A stretch of 63,770 nt of DNA, counting the filler, from Chiloscyllium plagiosum (taxonomy: Eukaryota), in the NCBI RefSeq assembly GCF_004010195.1. It is 5 parts of one record of this genome, joined end to end, with 100 filler letters (N's around TTAATTAATTAA, not from the genome) between each part and the next. Parts side by side here need not be neighbours in the genome. Positions count along the whole stretch, not along the records: positions 1 to 9,298 come from NC_057716.1; positions 9,399 to 25,598 come from NC_057716.1; 3 more parts are not named here. The stretch is one strand, 5' to 3'. Below are positions 1-12,915 of this stretch, one piece after another (the first letter of the stretch is position 1; each line of letters begins with the position of its first letter). The notes beneath the pieces were generated by a model. The model was not told where the DNA came from. It ran no database searches and worked only from the letters and a program-made list of their open reading frames with translations. Made by a program: the position numbers and the translations under genes.

Positions 1-100
1 TCGATTCTCCTGTTCCCTGGATGCTGCCTGACCTGCTGCGCTTTTCCAGCAACACATTTTCAGCTCTGATCTCCAGCATCTGCAATCCTCACTTTCTCCT
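1..100 (+). mobile_element. Penelope-like element 3' tail (starts just after the hammerhead GAAAC)
   Basis: tcgattctcctgttccctggatgctgcctgacctgctg...ctccagcatctgca...ctcactttctcct; same tail as 9399-9494 and, reverse-complemented, 55748-55876. Confidence 0.75.
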
Positions 101-560
101 CTTCCAATCTTTGTTTGACAATGACATAAGCTGTCTGGCAGGCCTGCATTTCAGTGCTTATGCCAATCAACTGTTCCTCTACACTGCCCTGTCAAAAATA
201 AGATCTGCAGCAGAATTCATCTGCAACCTCAGCCTCTTTTCCCGAGCTAGCAGAGAAGCTTTCCTTTTCCATAGGTCTTGTTGCAGCCAACTCGATCCCG
301 GTGACTCATTATGTGGAGATTCTATCTCTAACTATTCTGGACAGCATATGCTGTCTCAGTCACTGAACTGATGCTCACAAGTGACAGGTCAAGTGACCAT
401 TCTTCTTTCTCAAAGATCTACTCTTACTCTGGGCCTTAACCCTCAGACAGCATTGACTAAACCACAGGCAGTTCAAGGGCATCTGAAAACAGAAATACAG
501 AAAAGTGGGAGGGAACTGCAGTGGGTGGAAGCTATCAGCAGGTTGTATATCATACCAGAT

Positions 561-665
561 TGCAAATAAAAACAGAAAGTACCAAAGAAATGTAACAGAC
601 CAGGCAGCAGCTGTGGGCAGACAAACAGAGTTAAAGCTTCAAGTTCAATATGACTTCTTCAGAGT
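561..665 (-). mobile_element. Old degenerate PLE-type tail with decayed hammerhead core
   Basis: Minus strand reads ctctgaagaagtcatattgaacttgaagctttaactctgtttgtctgcccacagctgctgcctg, resembling the + strand copy at 24352-24440. Confidence 0.5.
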
Positions 666-930
666 TGACTGTTACACTCAGAATGCATCTCCCCTTTAAA
701 AAGTGCAGGTTGGTTTCAAATGCAGGCCATCTCTAATTGGTGCCAGCCCTAAATGAACATCTGATTCACCTTCCACCACCCTTGCAGCCCCCAAACCCCA
801 AACAGCCCTGGCTGAAATTGTATGACGTGATGTGTGGGAGTGAAGAGTAGCTGGCACTCTTTGGGCAGTGTAGTGTAGAGCAGGAAATCCTTGAAATGTT
901 GTTGTGAAGCAGGACCATAAGACACACATG

Positions 931-1537
931 TTCTATTTCCAAAGTGGAATTTACAAATATTATATCACATGCACACACTCACTCTGTCTCTCATGCATGT
1001 ACACACATGCACACACACACACACAAGTTTATGGGGTGAATTTGTATTTGCAGAATTATGTTTGTAGATACATTCTGTTTTGCTCAAAAAATGCAGAACC
1101 TGCAAGCAGTCAATGTAGGCAGTCAATCCATATAATATTTGTAAATTCCACTTTAGAAATAGAACCAATCTGACTCATGATTGGAATACAGATGGATTCT
1201 AACCTCACACCTTTAAGGCATTGCCTGAGCTGAGATGTCATCTTTTGTTATAAAACCTTAAATTATCTTGAGAATGTGACTTAAAAGAAGTTCTGGAATT
1301 TACATATTAAAGATCTGAAACCATTCTAAAAGATAAATGACTTGACAATTTAGGTTTGCTCAGTGTATCATTGTTTCACTGTAATCTTTTGCTATAAATT
1401 CTGTGTCTTATCGTCCTGTTTCACAACCACCTGAAGAAGGAGCAGCGCTTTGAAAGCCAATGCTTTCAAATAAACCTGTGTTGTGTGATTTTTAACTTTG
1501 TCCACCCCAGTCCAACACTGGCACCTCCAAATCATGA
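931..1537 (+). mobile_element. Penelope-like element 3' region with internal inverted repeat and decayed hammerhead
   Basis: 1431-1537 (ctgaagaaggagcagcgctttgaaagcc...tgtgatttttaactttgtccaccccagtccaacac) matches the arms of the 14753-14987 cassette; 35-bp inverted repeat at 931-965/1130-1164. Confidence 0.65.
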
Positions 1538-1614
1538 AAGGTGTAGCATCTCCATTGCTTTTGTGTCAATCTTACCCTGTCTCAACCAGGTTCACCCCAG
1601 TTAAATACTTTTTA

Positions 1615-2210
1615 ACAAATTCATGATGAGGGAATGTCATCAGTATTTGTACAAATTTCATTGTGCATAAGATGGTAGTGAGCCTTATTCTTGAAGGATT
1701 GCAGTGTGTGTGAAACTACTTCCACAATATTGTTATAGAAGGAGTCCAGAGGTTTGATGTAGCAACATTAAAGGAGCAGTGATACATCCAACTTGAGACT
1801 GAATTTGGAGGTGATTGGTCTCCTATTGCGCTTTCCATCCTTGTGTGTTTTGGTGGTGGGGTGCTATCAAAGAAACTTTGAGTTGTTGCAGTGCACCTTG
1901 TACACAGTACACACTTCAGCCAAAGTACGTCAATGCTGAAAGAAGCTGTTGTTGAAGGCTGTGAATGGATGACAAAAAAGTGGACTTTATTCTGGTTAAC
2001 ATTGACCATGGAGTGTTGTTGGAGCTGGACAAGTGCTGATTTGTACATTGTAGGTCATAGCTGGACAAGTGCTGATTTGTACATTGTAGGTCATAGCTGG
2101 ACAAGTACTGATTTGTACATTGTAGGTCATAGGGTTTTAGGATTCAGGAGGTGAGGATACTTTCTGCACAATAATCAGCCTCTGACTTGCTGTGAGCAAG
2201 TACTTTTGCA
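1615..2210 (-). mobile_element. Old CR1-type LINE 3' fragment
   Basis: Degenerate match to the LINE family also seen at 48085-49390 and 54295-55730 (aagatggtagtgagcc..ttcttgaa, aaggagcagtgata motifs). Confidence 0.55.
2023..2132. repeat. Tandem repeat, 36 bp x 3
   Basis: agctggacaagtgctgatttgtacattgtaggtcat at 2023, 2059, 2095; one substitution in copy 3. Confidence 0.97.
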
Positions 2211-2714
2211 GGCTGATCAGTAGAATAAGCTTTTTATCTTCAAAGTTGTCATTGTTTACGTAAGTCTAAATATCAACTTGAAAGGACTCTGTTCCTGTAA
2301 TTTTACAATTACAGGATCAAATCATAATTAGTTATCTCCACTTATTTTGGAATATACAGAATTGTTAGGTGAATGCTTGGCTTAAGAAGTATTGAAATTG
2401 ATTGTCATACAGCCATTAAAGTTTACAAGCAATTAATGTATACAAGCAACATTTAGAATTATTGAATATTAAACATTCTTGGAGTAAAGTTGTATTACTC
2501 GAGTTTCACCTCATTTATGATCAATCACTTCAAAATCATGGAGATATTACAGATTGTATCTCATCATCATACTTTATGAGTTTGGAAATCTAAGGGAAGC
2601 ATTTGTTTTTTATGTAATAGTAATAAACATCAATATCTTGAAACAAGGCTCCTTTAGTTTCTGAGGATCAAAGGAAATTATTTGTATCAACTTCAATTGT
2701 CATGGCACACATTT

Positions 2715-3105
2715 GGCTAGTTCAGTTCAATTTCGATTAATGGTAAATCTGGATTAATGGTGGAGGGGTCTGTTATGGTGGTGCCAGTGAATACCATGGG
2801 GAAGTGATAAAGCTCTTTTGTTGGAGATGGTCATTTCCTGGCACTTGTGTGGCATGAATACTCCTTGCTGTTTATCAGTCCAAGTTTGGATGTTGTCCAG
2901 GTCTTGTGGCACGCAGGAGTGAACTATTTCATTGTTTGTGGAATTCTGAAAGGAAACAAACACTTTACAGTCATAGTAAATCTAGTGATAGAGCAGTCAT
3001 AGCTATTTGGACCTAAGACGCTGTTTGAAGGAACTCATTAGATGCTGTCCTAGGAGCTGAAATGACTGGCATCCACAGACCATAAACAGGTTCCTTTGTG
3101 CTAGA
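2715..3105 (-). mobile_element. CR1-type LINE RT-region fragment
   Basis: ORF 2754..2963 gives QDLDNIQTWTDKQQGVFMPHKCQEMTISNKR, the post-YADD part of a CR1-like RT. Confidence 0.7.
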
Positions 3106-3633
3106 TATTTTGACAGTGAGCTGAATCATACTTTCCTTGGCTAAGTGTGACTTGAGTCAGATTTTTTGGAGATATTTGCACCGTGAGGCCCAGTGAGTTT
3201 TATTGCTATATCGTAACAAACTCGCCTCATTAATGACCTGCCACACCCACTGGATTTCCTCTAATCAGATTTAAAACCCACCTGACCATGCACTGTTCTC
3301 AGAACAATTTGGTATTTCCTGAAATTAGCAGGTATTCCTGGTGCTGATGCCATCTTTAAGGACCAGCTTAGACCATGATGCCAGATCAAGCCAACCTGGA
3401 CAGAATTTGCCACCTGTGCCAGTGCAATCTCAGTTGTCTTGAGGAATGCACAGCAACACGACCTTCTCCACTCCACCAATGTATCTTTTCTCTGATACCT
3501 CACACACACACTAATGTTACCACACCTATTTCATACCAAGGCTCAAATACCACCATTCTCATTACTACCCACAAGATGTTGCACAGTGATTTCACTCACC
3601 TCAACCCCAGACACCACAAACCCTGCAAGCCCT

Positions 3634-3710
3634 GGCTTTTGCCCGAAATGTTGATTTTCCTGCTCCACGGATGCTGCCTGAGCTGCTGTGCTTTTCCAGC
3701 ACCACTCTAA
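3634..3710 (+). mobile_element. PLE tail fragment (5' half of hammerhead lost)
   Basis: ggcttttgcccgaaatgttgattttcctgctccacggatgctgcctgagctgctgtgcttttccagc. Confidence 0.7.
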
Positions 3711-4459
3711 ACAAGCCCTCTATGCTGCCTACTCACTCACTTGGCATGCCTCACTAAGCTGCTTCAAAAGTAACAGCTGTGCCACCAACTTTCATCTCCT
3801 CTAATAGCTACCCCTCTGTCATTCCAGGAGGAAAGCAGCCCATAACAGGGCGGAAAGGGTCAGGATGATCACTGACATTCAAATTGTCACTTCATAAGAA
3901 GTCTCTGATTGGTCCCAAGTGTCAGATTGACTGTGTCCAAGCCCCTGGATTGGTGTTGTAAACAAGAACAGAACTTCTAAAAACACAAGGATTGTCAAAT
4001 GGTTGCACTGCACTTTACAAGCAAGCAACTTGACACTCATTGTAAGTGCTGTTTACACTGTTGTGAGGGAAGGTTTATAGATAAGTAAGAGCCAAGCCAT
4101 GTGTCTGGATAGAGCTTTGGCTGGCAACAGTAGCTGATTGGTCTGTGGAAGAGTGACCAGTTATCGATGACTAAGGCCTTCTGCCTGCCGACACCTATGT
4201 AATTGAAGTACTTAGTGGTGTGATGTTTTAGCAGAAACAATTGGACGTCTGGAAGTGAAGGCACTCTATTTCTGTTCTGCAATAAGAAGCAACTCAAGCC
4301 TGAAAACAGTTTATTTCCCCTCATCAGTTCCTGTAAGCTGTGACTTTAATTAATAAGACAAAGATCTTTATAAGGGCGGACAAGTCAGGCTGTGCCTCCT
4401 GCAAACAAATGAAAGTATCTATAGAAAAAGAGAATGAACAGCATTCTGCTGAGCAAAAG

Positions 4460-4702
4460 AATCATAGAGTCATAGAATCATTCAGCACGGTAACAGACGC
4501 TTCAGTCCAACTCGTCCATCCTGACCAGGTTTCCCACTAGTCCCACTTGCCTGCTTTTGGCCCATATCCCTCTAAACATTTCCTATTCATGGACCTGTCC
4601 AAATGTGTTTTAGATGTTGTAGCTGTATCTGGATCTCCCACTTCCTGCAGCAGTTCATTCCCCTCTGCATGAAAAGGTTTCCCTTCAGATCCCTTTCAAA
4701 TC
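4460..4702 (-). mobile_element. CR1 LINE 3' end fragment
   Basis: atcatagagtcataga tail plus ctagtcccacttgcctgc..ggcccatatccctctaaac, shared with 49800-50240. Confidence 0.75.
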
Positions 4703-5869
4703 CTGTGGACAGGAAATACTGAAGCGCCTTCCCAATATTTCTCTCTGCCCATAATACCCAAGTTTTGGTGTCTGTTGTGTGTGTGTGTGTGTGCACACGC
4801 ACGCATCTGTGCCTGTGTAGAGAGGGAATTTATATGGGAGCTGGAGTTTTGTCTAATAGCTAGTATGCCAATGGTTCATAATTGCTTACCTAGAGCTAAA
4901 ATCTATTCATTTGTTAAAAAAAGTAAAGAAAATTATTCCATGCTTTCTGTCAAGATGGATCTGAAATCCAAATAAATTAGAAAATTCTGATTACTTTTTA
5001 AAATCTTGAGGAATTACATGACTTGATTTCCAGTGAGCTGACATGGCCAGGTACCCACTGAATATTAATGTGGTGAGCTGCGGCATTAATAACGTGTTTG
5101 ATAAATTATAATCTACCTTAATTGGCAACTTGCTGCTGCTCAGCTAGAAACCCACCTCACCCGTCGGCATATGCATAAAAGATAATGAATTGCTCTCAAA
5201 CGCAAGATAGGCCTCCCCAGAACTTTTGTGCATTTTCTGCCACAAATCTCACCACAACCCACATCCTTCATGCCCCAATAAAGTCCTACCTGGTGCCTCC
5301 CCTAATTCAAATTATCTTCAGTTTTACTAAGTCACCTTGATGCCCCACATTGTCAAATATGCCTTGATATCAAAGCATTCACTCTTATAAAACAGCATAA
5401 AGACAGCCACAAGATGTCCTGTTAAGTTAAGGCAGTCAATTCATGGAGCGAATTTTATATAATTTCTTCCTGAATTCCTGCTCCCTGGGTAAAAAGTACC
5501 ATTGTCTTTTCAAAGCCTTGAATCTAACTGCCATGTACTATAGCATCTTATTCTTAATTCACACATACTCTCTACCCAATCACTACCACAATTCATATGT
5601 AGATAATCTAAATTAAGAAATGTTCATTTATCTTCTTATGCAGACCACTAATAGCTTCAGTAAAATGGCCTTTGGTGTATTAGTGAACTCAGTTCTGGAA
5701 TGTAACAGCTTGTTTTTCTTGTATTAAATTGAGCCAACTCCGTAGGAAGCTTTTAAAAAATGAAACCAGCAAGTTCCTGGAAAGATTCAGTTCCTATTGT
5801 TTAATAGAACTGATTTAGAGCATTGTAAAACTGTTGAAGCATAAACTACAAGCCTTGTTATTTAATGAT

Positions 5870-6125
5870 GCACTGTGTTTGTTGCCCATCTTTATTTGCT
5901 CTTGCAAAGTTATTGGTGAGCTGCCTTCTTGAACTGTCGGAGACCATCTGGTACAAGTACACCCACCGTGTTATAAAGAAGGCAGTTCCAGGATTATAAC
6001 CCAGTAACAATGGAGAAATATTGATATATTTCCAAGGCAGAATGTGTATAACTTGGAGGTGAACCTGCAGTGGTGACATCTGCTGCCCTTGTCCTTCTAT
6101 GTGGTAGAGGTTTTGAATAAGGAAG
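5870..6125 (-). mobile_element. CR1-type LINE 3' fragment
   Basis: ttgcccatc..ggtgagctgccttcttgaac..gatatatttccaag..tgctgcccttgtccttcta, as at 48120-48350. Confidence 0.65.
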
Positions 6126-6439
6126 GGTAATTAATTATGATAACTGTGTTTTAACAGTTTAAAAAATAGATTGCACTAGGGTTGGGTTTAAAAGAACAAT
6201 CCTGACATTTGAAGTTGTCATGAACATAGTATTATAAAATAATTGATGGTGTTAGCGTGACAGTGTCAAATACATTGTAATCAGATTTATAACTCTTGTA
6301 TGTGTATAAGAGTGATCATATTGTGGATATACTCCACCTCATCACTTTGAGAAATGCAACACACTTTCTAATTATCTTACAGATAGCATTTTCTTGTGTT
6401 AAATACAAACTGACTGAAAGCAGTCATTAATAATTTATA

Positions 6440-6890
6440 AAATCATAAAATGGTTACAGCACAGAAATAGACCATTTGCCAATTGTGTCAGACTAACCCA
6501 ATGCAAATACAACTTGTCTAGCTCCTTTCCCTCACCTTTTCTCCAATGTCCTAAAACTGTTTGCTCTTTAGATATTATACAAATCCTATTTGAAAGCCAT
6601 GATTCAATCTTACCCCGACCCGATCAGGTTAAAGGCATTGTATCTGTGGTTCTAACCACTGGCAGCATGAGAACGATTTTCCTCATTTTCCTATTTATTT
6701 GTCAATCACCTTAAATTGGTGTCATCTTGTCCTTGAACCTTCAACCAACAGGAACACTTGCCTCCTATCAATTCTATCATTACCCTTCAACATTTGAACT
6801 CTTTTACCAAATCCCCAATAAATCTTGTTTTCTCCAAAGAGAACAGCCTCAGCTTCTCAAAACTATCGATGTAACTGAAATTCCTCAATG
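6440..6890 (-). mobile_element. Old CR1 LINE 3' fragment
   Basis: catagaatggttacagcacagaa-like tail; ttctccaaagagaacagcctcagcttctc (LGLFSLE motif on minus strand). Confidence 0.6.
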
Positions 6891-8857
6891 CTCACTGTGA
6901 CATTATCAAACAGACTGGAAAATATTGTAATTCGCAAAGGATACTTCTCCTCAAAGTAGGTGGTTGTACTTTTTAAACCTTTCTTTTTAAACAACATATA
7001 TAGCAGGATCACTTTTATTTGCAACAAACTATAATCGCATTTTCAATATAATTACATTCCTCATAAAATACCAAAGAAACCTGACTGGGTTTGGGGGGCA
7101 GGGGATTGTGGATTGCATGTCTGTAAACCCACAGCGGGTCCTAAGCCATAAAGACAAACCACTTCAAGATTTGTGTTGTCAGCAGCAGCCCTAAGGTGGT
7201 GTAACAGCTTGTAATATACTTCCAAACCAACTGCTCTTTTATTCCACATGTATCGAGGGCGAGCAATGACTAGATTCTAATGTAAATGGGCAGTTTCTAC
7301 TGTTCTGCTTTCACCATCTGGGGCTATCCTCCCCTCCATCACCATGTTTACTATTCAGTGTCAGTTATCTGAAAGAAAGGACAGTGCAACCAATGTTGCA
7401 ATTCTAAAGCAGGGTAAAACATCTATGGGCTATTTTTGCAATGGTAATAATCAGTAATAATGACAGTGTTCTATCCTATAAAGTATTAATTGAATGTCAG
7501 TCAAAATTTTGAACATTCTTTCGGCAACAAGATGGGCCTGAATTACAGTTAAAATTCAATGCAGTTTCAGCTTGACATTGGAATATAATTGGCACAAACC
7601 CCTTCATTGAAAATAAACACAATTATGATATATAGTCACTTTCCCAATTTTCCTTTCTCCTTTACTAGGGATAGTGTTTTTTGTTGAGTGTGTTGTTCAA
7701 TGAGTGCTGTCAATACTGTGGCAACTTGTCTTGAAGGACTTTTTTCATCTGGAACCTCTGAATGATGAATATATGTATTCTATCGAATCTGGGAGACCAT
7801 CACCATTGACTCTAAGCTGAACTATTTTGTGGTCAAGGCTGAAGAGGGGTAAGCTTTAGCATGAGGAAGTTGCCTTTGTACAAGTTGTTTAATGTTCCTA
7901 GGATGTTATAAAGTGTTTTCCTGCCAGTTAATTCCTTTTGAAATGTGCAGCAAGATTTTACAGCCACATATGAATGGGCAGCAATAACCTGCATCTCCCC
8001 AAACCACCGTCCCTCCCCAACAACTAGTGCAGTCATACAATACAATGTGCTGACATTGAGCGTTCATCATGCCAGTCTCTTCCTGACAGTCTGAGGTCTG
8101 TAGATCTCTTTAAACAAATGACTTTTAATCTCTTGAATTTCTTTTGTGGAAGATGTATTCCCTGTTGAAGCAGGCAACTGTTTCTTTCCAGTATCCTGAA
8201 TCTTCAAGACAAGCAATTTCTTTCTTACAGAATCTTGAATCTTTGGAAATTGGTCGTGCTGGCAGATAGTAAATTTTATGTGTTCAGAAGTTATATTATT
8301 AGTTCTGTTGTTCTATCTTCTTAATATAATTATAAACGTTGCTTGCCTAAAATACTTTATTCCACAGCAATAGCAGCTCTGGGGCTCTTTGCTGCTGAAG
8401 AGGGTGTTCCTACATTTTTGCAGTTAAAATGGAGGATTCCTGCCTTTCCCAGTCAAGCAAGAGGGTTGCTGTCTTGTTACACAGCTTCTCAGTGTGAATC
8501 CCATTCCCTCAGGCACTAATAAGTGATTTCTAATTTAATTTTGCTGTGGCCTGAAAAAAATTACACAAACTTTTTTCCCTGTTAGACTAGTTGTGTACAT
8601 GCTTTTAACCTGCTAAGCATTAACCTTTTAATTACTGGTTTCATGATGTTCCAAAGTCTGTGACCTCGGATTTCATGGCCGCTTACTTCAGTTCCTATAA
8701 CCATCTCTAATGATGTCTGCTCACTACGACAACATTTCTTCATTTGAGCTGTAAGTAATCTTTTATCTTTTTGCTTTTCCAGCTTAAATTACTGCACTTT
8801 TTAAGCTCTCTCCATGGAGCCTCCAATGTTTCTTCACTTACTACTAAACTTCAACTC

Positions 8858-9298
8858 ATAAGACCATAAGACCGTAAGAGTTAGGAGTGGAAGTAAGGCC
8901 ATTCAGCCCATCGAGTCCACTCCGCCATTCAATCATGGCTGATGGGCATTTCAACTCCACTTACCCGCATTCTCCCCGTAGCCCTTGTGACATCAAGAAT
9001 TTATCAATCTCTGCCTTGAAGACATTTAGCGTCCCGGCCTCCACTGCACTCCGCGGCAATGAATCCCACAGGCCCACTACTCTCTGGCTGAAGAAATGTC
9101 TCCACATTTCTGTTCTGAATTTACCCCCTCTAATTCTAAGTTTGTGTCCATGGGTCCTAGTCTCCTCGCCTAACGGAAACAATTTCCTAGCGTCCACCCT
9201 TTCCAAGCAATGTATTATCTTGTAAGTTTCTATTAGGTCTCCCCTTAATCTTCTAAACTCCAATGAATACAATCCCAGGATCCTCAGCCGTTCCTCGT
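8858..9298 (-). mobile_element. Young CR1 LINE 3' end, running into gap
   Basis: ORF 8961..9272 LEFRRLRGDLIETYKI...TRTHGHKL...RHFFSQRVVGLWDSLP (CR1 ORF2 C-terminus); (cataagac)n tail. Confidence 0.92.
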
Positions 9299-9398
9299 NN
9301 NNNNNNNNNNNNNNNNNNNNNNNNNNNNNNNNNNNNNNNNNNTTAATTAATTAANNNNNNNNNNNNNNNNNNNNNNNNNNNNNNNNNNNNNNNNNNNN
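9299..9398. other. Artificial scaffold linker
   Basis: 44 N + TTAATTAATTAA + 44 N; stops in all six frames. Confidence 0.97.
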
Positions 9399-9494
9399 AT
9401 CTCCTGTTCCCTGGATGCTGCCTGACCTGCTGTGCTGTTCCAGCAATAAAGTTTCAACTTTGATCTCCAGCATCTGCAGACCTCACTTTCTCCT
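9399..9494 (+). mobile_element. PLE 3' tail (same subfamily as 55748-55876 and 56999-57312)
   Basis: Near-exact reverse complement of 56999-57095. Confidence 0.85.
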
Positions 9495-9504
9495 GGTCTC
9501 ACCA

Positions 9505-9677
9505 ATCCCCATGCCCATAGTGTCTAGGGATGTGCAGGTAGGGTGGATTGGCCATGGGAGGTACAGGGTTATGGAGATGGGGTGAGGTGGCAAAGGTTTG
9601 GGTGGGATGTTCTTCAGAGGGTTGATGCAGACTCGATGGGCTGAGTAGCCTGCTTCCACACTACAGGGATTCTATGA
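9505..9677 (+). mobile_element. HE1-like SINE 3' part
   Basis: gatgtgcagg..ggattggccatg V-domain end plus LINE-like tail cctgcttccacactacagggattctatg. Confidence 0.65.
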
Positions 9678-11399
9678 AGTATGTAGACCAAAGCTGCCTT
9701 TAAGGAGGGAGTTCCAGGTTAAACAACCTACATTCCGATTTGTTCATGGAGCTGTTGCTATTAATCAAGAAAGGGTAAGGGGCCCCTCAGGATGTATTCA
9801 TGGTTAAAAATTTGATGTGGTGCAAAGCATTACATTTTATGTGGCATTCTTAAAAATTTTGTCATGAACCATGTGCATATCTTTGGCCAATTGCAATCTC
9901 TGTAACTTATACTTGTTCCTGATTCTATGTGATATAAGGTGGCTTCAGCAGAGGTAAAGGCAAGCTATTCAGAACCATTGCCTAACTGCTGTGCTTGCCA
10001 ATGCTCTGTCAGCTTAGATTTAAATGGACAGCGGGTTGCACAATTGTTTTCACTACCTTTCTGAGACATTGGGACAGTCACAGTGTACCCATTGTGAGCA
10101 CAAAGACTGCTGCTATTGTTTCCAACTGTGAACCTATTATGCCATCACCCCAGTAACACAATCTAAGCCTTCCTTTGATTGCAAACAATCAAAACACCAT
10201 GTTACTGCCAAGCAGATTTCACAACAGATTACATGATGCCATTTATTTTTACCTTAAATACACAGGGTGGAATTTTCTCCTCTCTAACTGGCATAGGCTA
10301 TAGTAAGAATCTCAAAATTGAGGAAAACATTTCAGGACTTTCCCTTTTAGCATCCAACTTTAAAATCATGCTACCCTAAAGCAGTACCTACCATGCGTCT
10401 ATGCACTTGCCCATCTCTTTCTACACCACTTCCTATTCTCCTCTGTTTCCACAAGAAACTAGACACACAAATTCCTGGCATTGAAGTTAACATGATTATC
10501 AATAGCTGAAGCTCGCTCCTTACTTGTCTGGGCTTTGGGCCTTCATCCAACTGAGACTTCACCATAATGCCCCTGCATGCTATGTGGGCATCATCCATCA
10601 TCCACACAATTTGGCATTGACAAACCATTGGCCTCAACATATCAGCAAGCCTGCTTTCGGTTCAACTCTCACACCACTTCAGGCCTTGGAGCTCAAGGAC
10701 ACATAAAACTTGCATGCTTCTGTCAGATCACTTGGCACACAGGGACAACATGCATCTCATTGCATCTCTACAGGCTTCATCTGTTAGCACCCACTCACTT
10801 TTGCTTAGTAAATGCCATCTTCTTGCGGCTGACATTGTGTTTTTATACACAAAATCTCCAGTGCTCAGTTATAAACTGCCAATGTCTGTAGCCGATGTTA
10901 TTTTTCGAGTACATTGGGAGACAAAGGCTATATCTGTCATGTTCAGAACAATGAACTATAAAAGAGTTCAGAACTATGAACTATATGTCACTTTCTGCCA
11001 CCATGCTGTGTCAATGCCACATCTCCAGCAGTTTGCCTAACAAACACACTACACTGCATGAGTTTCAAGCCAATAGCCAAGTCTTAAAGTCAAATCATAC
11101 CAGTCCTCAGTGATGTTAAAGGGGACTACAATTAGGAGTTATCATCATTTCTATCAAGGGGCTCATCCTATTACAGGAAATAGGGTTGCCATGGTCAGTC
11201 AGAAGCCTGGTCCTACGAAGGTCCAATAATTGAGCCATGACCAGCAATGTAGGTTGGGTACAAACTGGGAATTACAGGCATGACAGTCAAGCTGTTATAG
11301 AAACACCAATGTGAGGCTGTCCTCACAAGTCAGTCTGGGGCTGGGCAATTGTAAGTCCAATAGGTTTTAGCAGTACGGTCAGGACATCTATCAAGGTGA

Positions 11400-12325
11400 A
11401 GTCCATAGAGTCCTGGAGATGTGGGAAACTCAAGTGTAGGGATGGATTTCATTTGACGAGGTCACTAAGGGAATATCTATGGGCGGCATGGTGGCACAGT
11501 GGTTAGCACTGCTGCTTCACAGTGCCAGAGACCTGGGTTCAATTCCCACCTCAGGCAACTGTCTGTGTGGAGTTTGCACATTCTCCCCGTGTCTGCGGGG
11601 GTTTGCTCCGGTTTCCTCCCACAGTCCAAAAATGGCAGGTTAGGTGAATTGGCTGTGCTAAATTGCCTGTAATGTTAGGTGAAAGGGTAAATGTAGTGGA
11701 ATGGGTCTGGGTGGGTTGCTCTTCAGAGGGCCAGTTTGGACTTGTTGGGCCAAAGGGCCTGTTTCCACACTGTAAGTAATCTAATCTAATCTACAGTGAA
11801 AGGGGGCAATTCAATAGAGAAGGGTGAAAACTTATAGAGCAGAAGTGAATGGCATGGGTTGCCCAATGGAAGGATATATTGGTCAGCCAGGTATGGCAAT
11901 TTGCAATGCATTCTTTGAGAATACCTTACGATCAACCTGAAAATATTGTCAACACAAAAGGCTTCCACTCTACCCATATTTAAATCATGTTACCATCAAA
12001 GCCAGATTTTGGAGATTTGCACCAGATATTCTGGGAGTTGCCATGGTATTTACTCTACTAGTTCCTGTGTGTATCCAAGGTCCTCTGGTCATATGGAGTT
12101 GGCTGCAGGGAGTCAAGGGCTACCCTTTCAAACATGAATGACACTCAAATTGACACAGAAGGAAGATAGAATGTTGCAAATGCTTCTGGCAGGATCAGAA
12201 TGGAAGAGACCAAAGATCTCCTCAAAATGGGTTCTCAATGCCTGAACTGTTGTTGCAGAACCTTACATTATAGCCTACAAAGGGTGCCTCACATCATTGT
12301 GGCATGCTGTGCCTTTCTCAACTGG
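11400..12325 (+). pseudogene. PIF/Harbinger DDE transposase remnant (HARBI1-like), interrupted by an HE1 SINE
   Basis: Colinear motifs across frameshifts and stops: KGFHS, CYHQSQILEICTRYSGSCHG (cf. CD..ARYPGSxHD), GVKGYPFQT*MT (cf. GDxGYPLxxWLMTP), LHYSLQRVPHIIVACCAFLN (cf. IIxACCxLHN). Confidence 0.75.
11481..11793 (+). mobile_element. HE1-type tRNA-derived V-SINE, full length
   Basis: Pol III A box tggcacagtgg, B box ggttcaattcc, V-domain tgtgtggagtttgcacattctccccgtgtctgc, (taatc)n tail. Confidence 0.92.
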
Positions 12326-12489
12326 AGGCAACAAAAACAGTGATGTCTTGGATGTAGAAAAAATGGGGAATTGACACTAATTTTCTGAGGATGAAGTTAA
12401 GGATGATGATCAAGATATTGACCATGAGGAACAGCCTAGATGGCATGATAGACCAATGCTTCTTCAAGCCCAAGAAACTAGATTGAATG

Positions 12490-12915
12490 GGATGAAAGTA
12501 TGTACTTAGAGGTTGATTTGCTCCACATGATATCAAGAAATGGCTGAAGGCAATGGACACTGACAACACTCTGGGAATGGTACTGAAGACTCGTAACCAG
12601 ACCAGCTCTGTCCTTTGCCAAGCTGTTTCAGTGCAGCTGCAATGCAGATGTCAACCAACAGGTGGAAAATTGCCTAGATATGCCCTTTGCACAAAAAGCA
12701 GAACAAATCCAGCCCAACCAATTGTCACCCTCTCGGTCTACTCTTGACCATCAGCAAAGATATGGGAGAGGTCATAATCGTGTTATCAAAGTCATACCTG
12801 CTCAGGAATAATCTGCTGATTGACACTCAGTTTGAGTTCTGCCAGAGTCACAGCTCATCACCTCATTACACCCTTGGTCAAATGATCTGAATTCCCGAAG
12901 TGAGGTGAGAGTGGG
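12490..12915 (+). mobile_element. CR1-type LINE RT-region fragment
   Basis: Degenerate WKIA..CPxHKKQNKSSPTNCHPLGLL..ISK..LLxDTQFEFCQSH (ORF 12687..12890). Confidence 0.7.

Noticed and set aside
2023..2132. 36-bp repeats as a CRISPR array
   Set aside because: Contiguous units with no spacers, no cas genes, vertebrate context
9343..9354. TTAATTAATTAA as a biological palindrome or piggyBac site
   Set aside because: Centred in fixed-length N runs four times; a scaffolding linker
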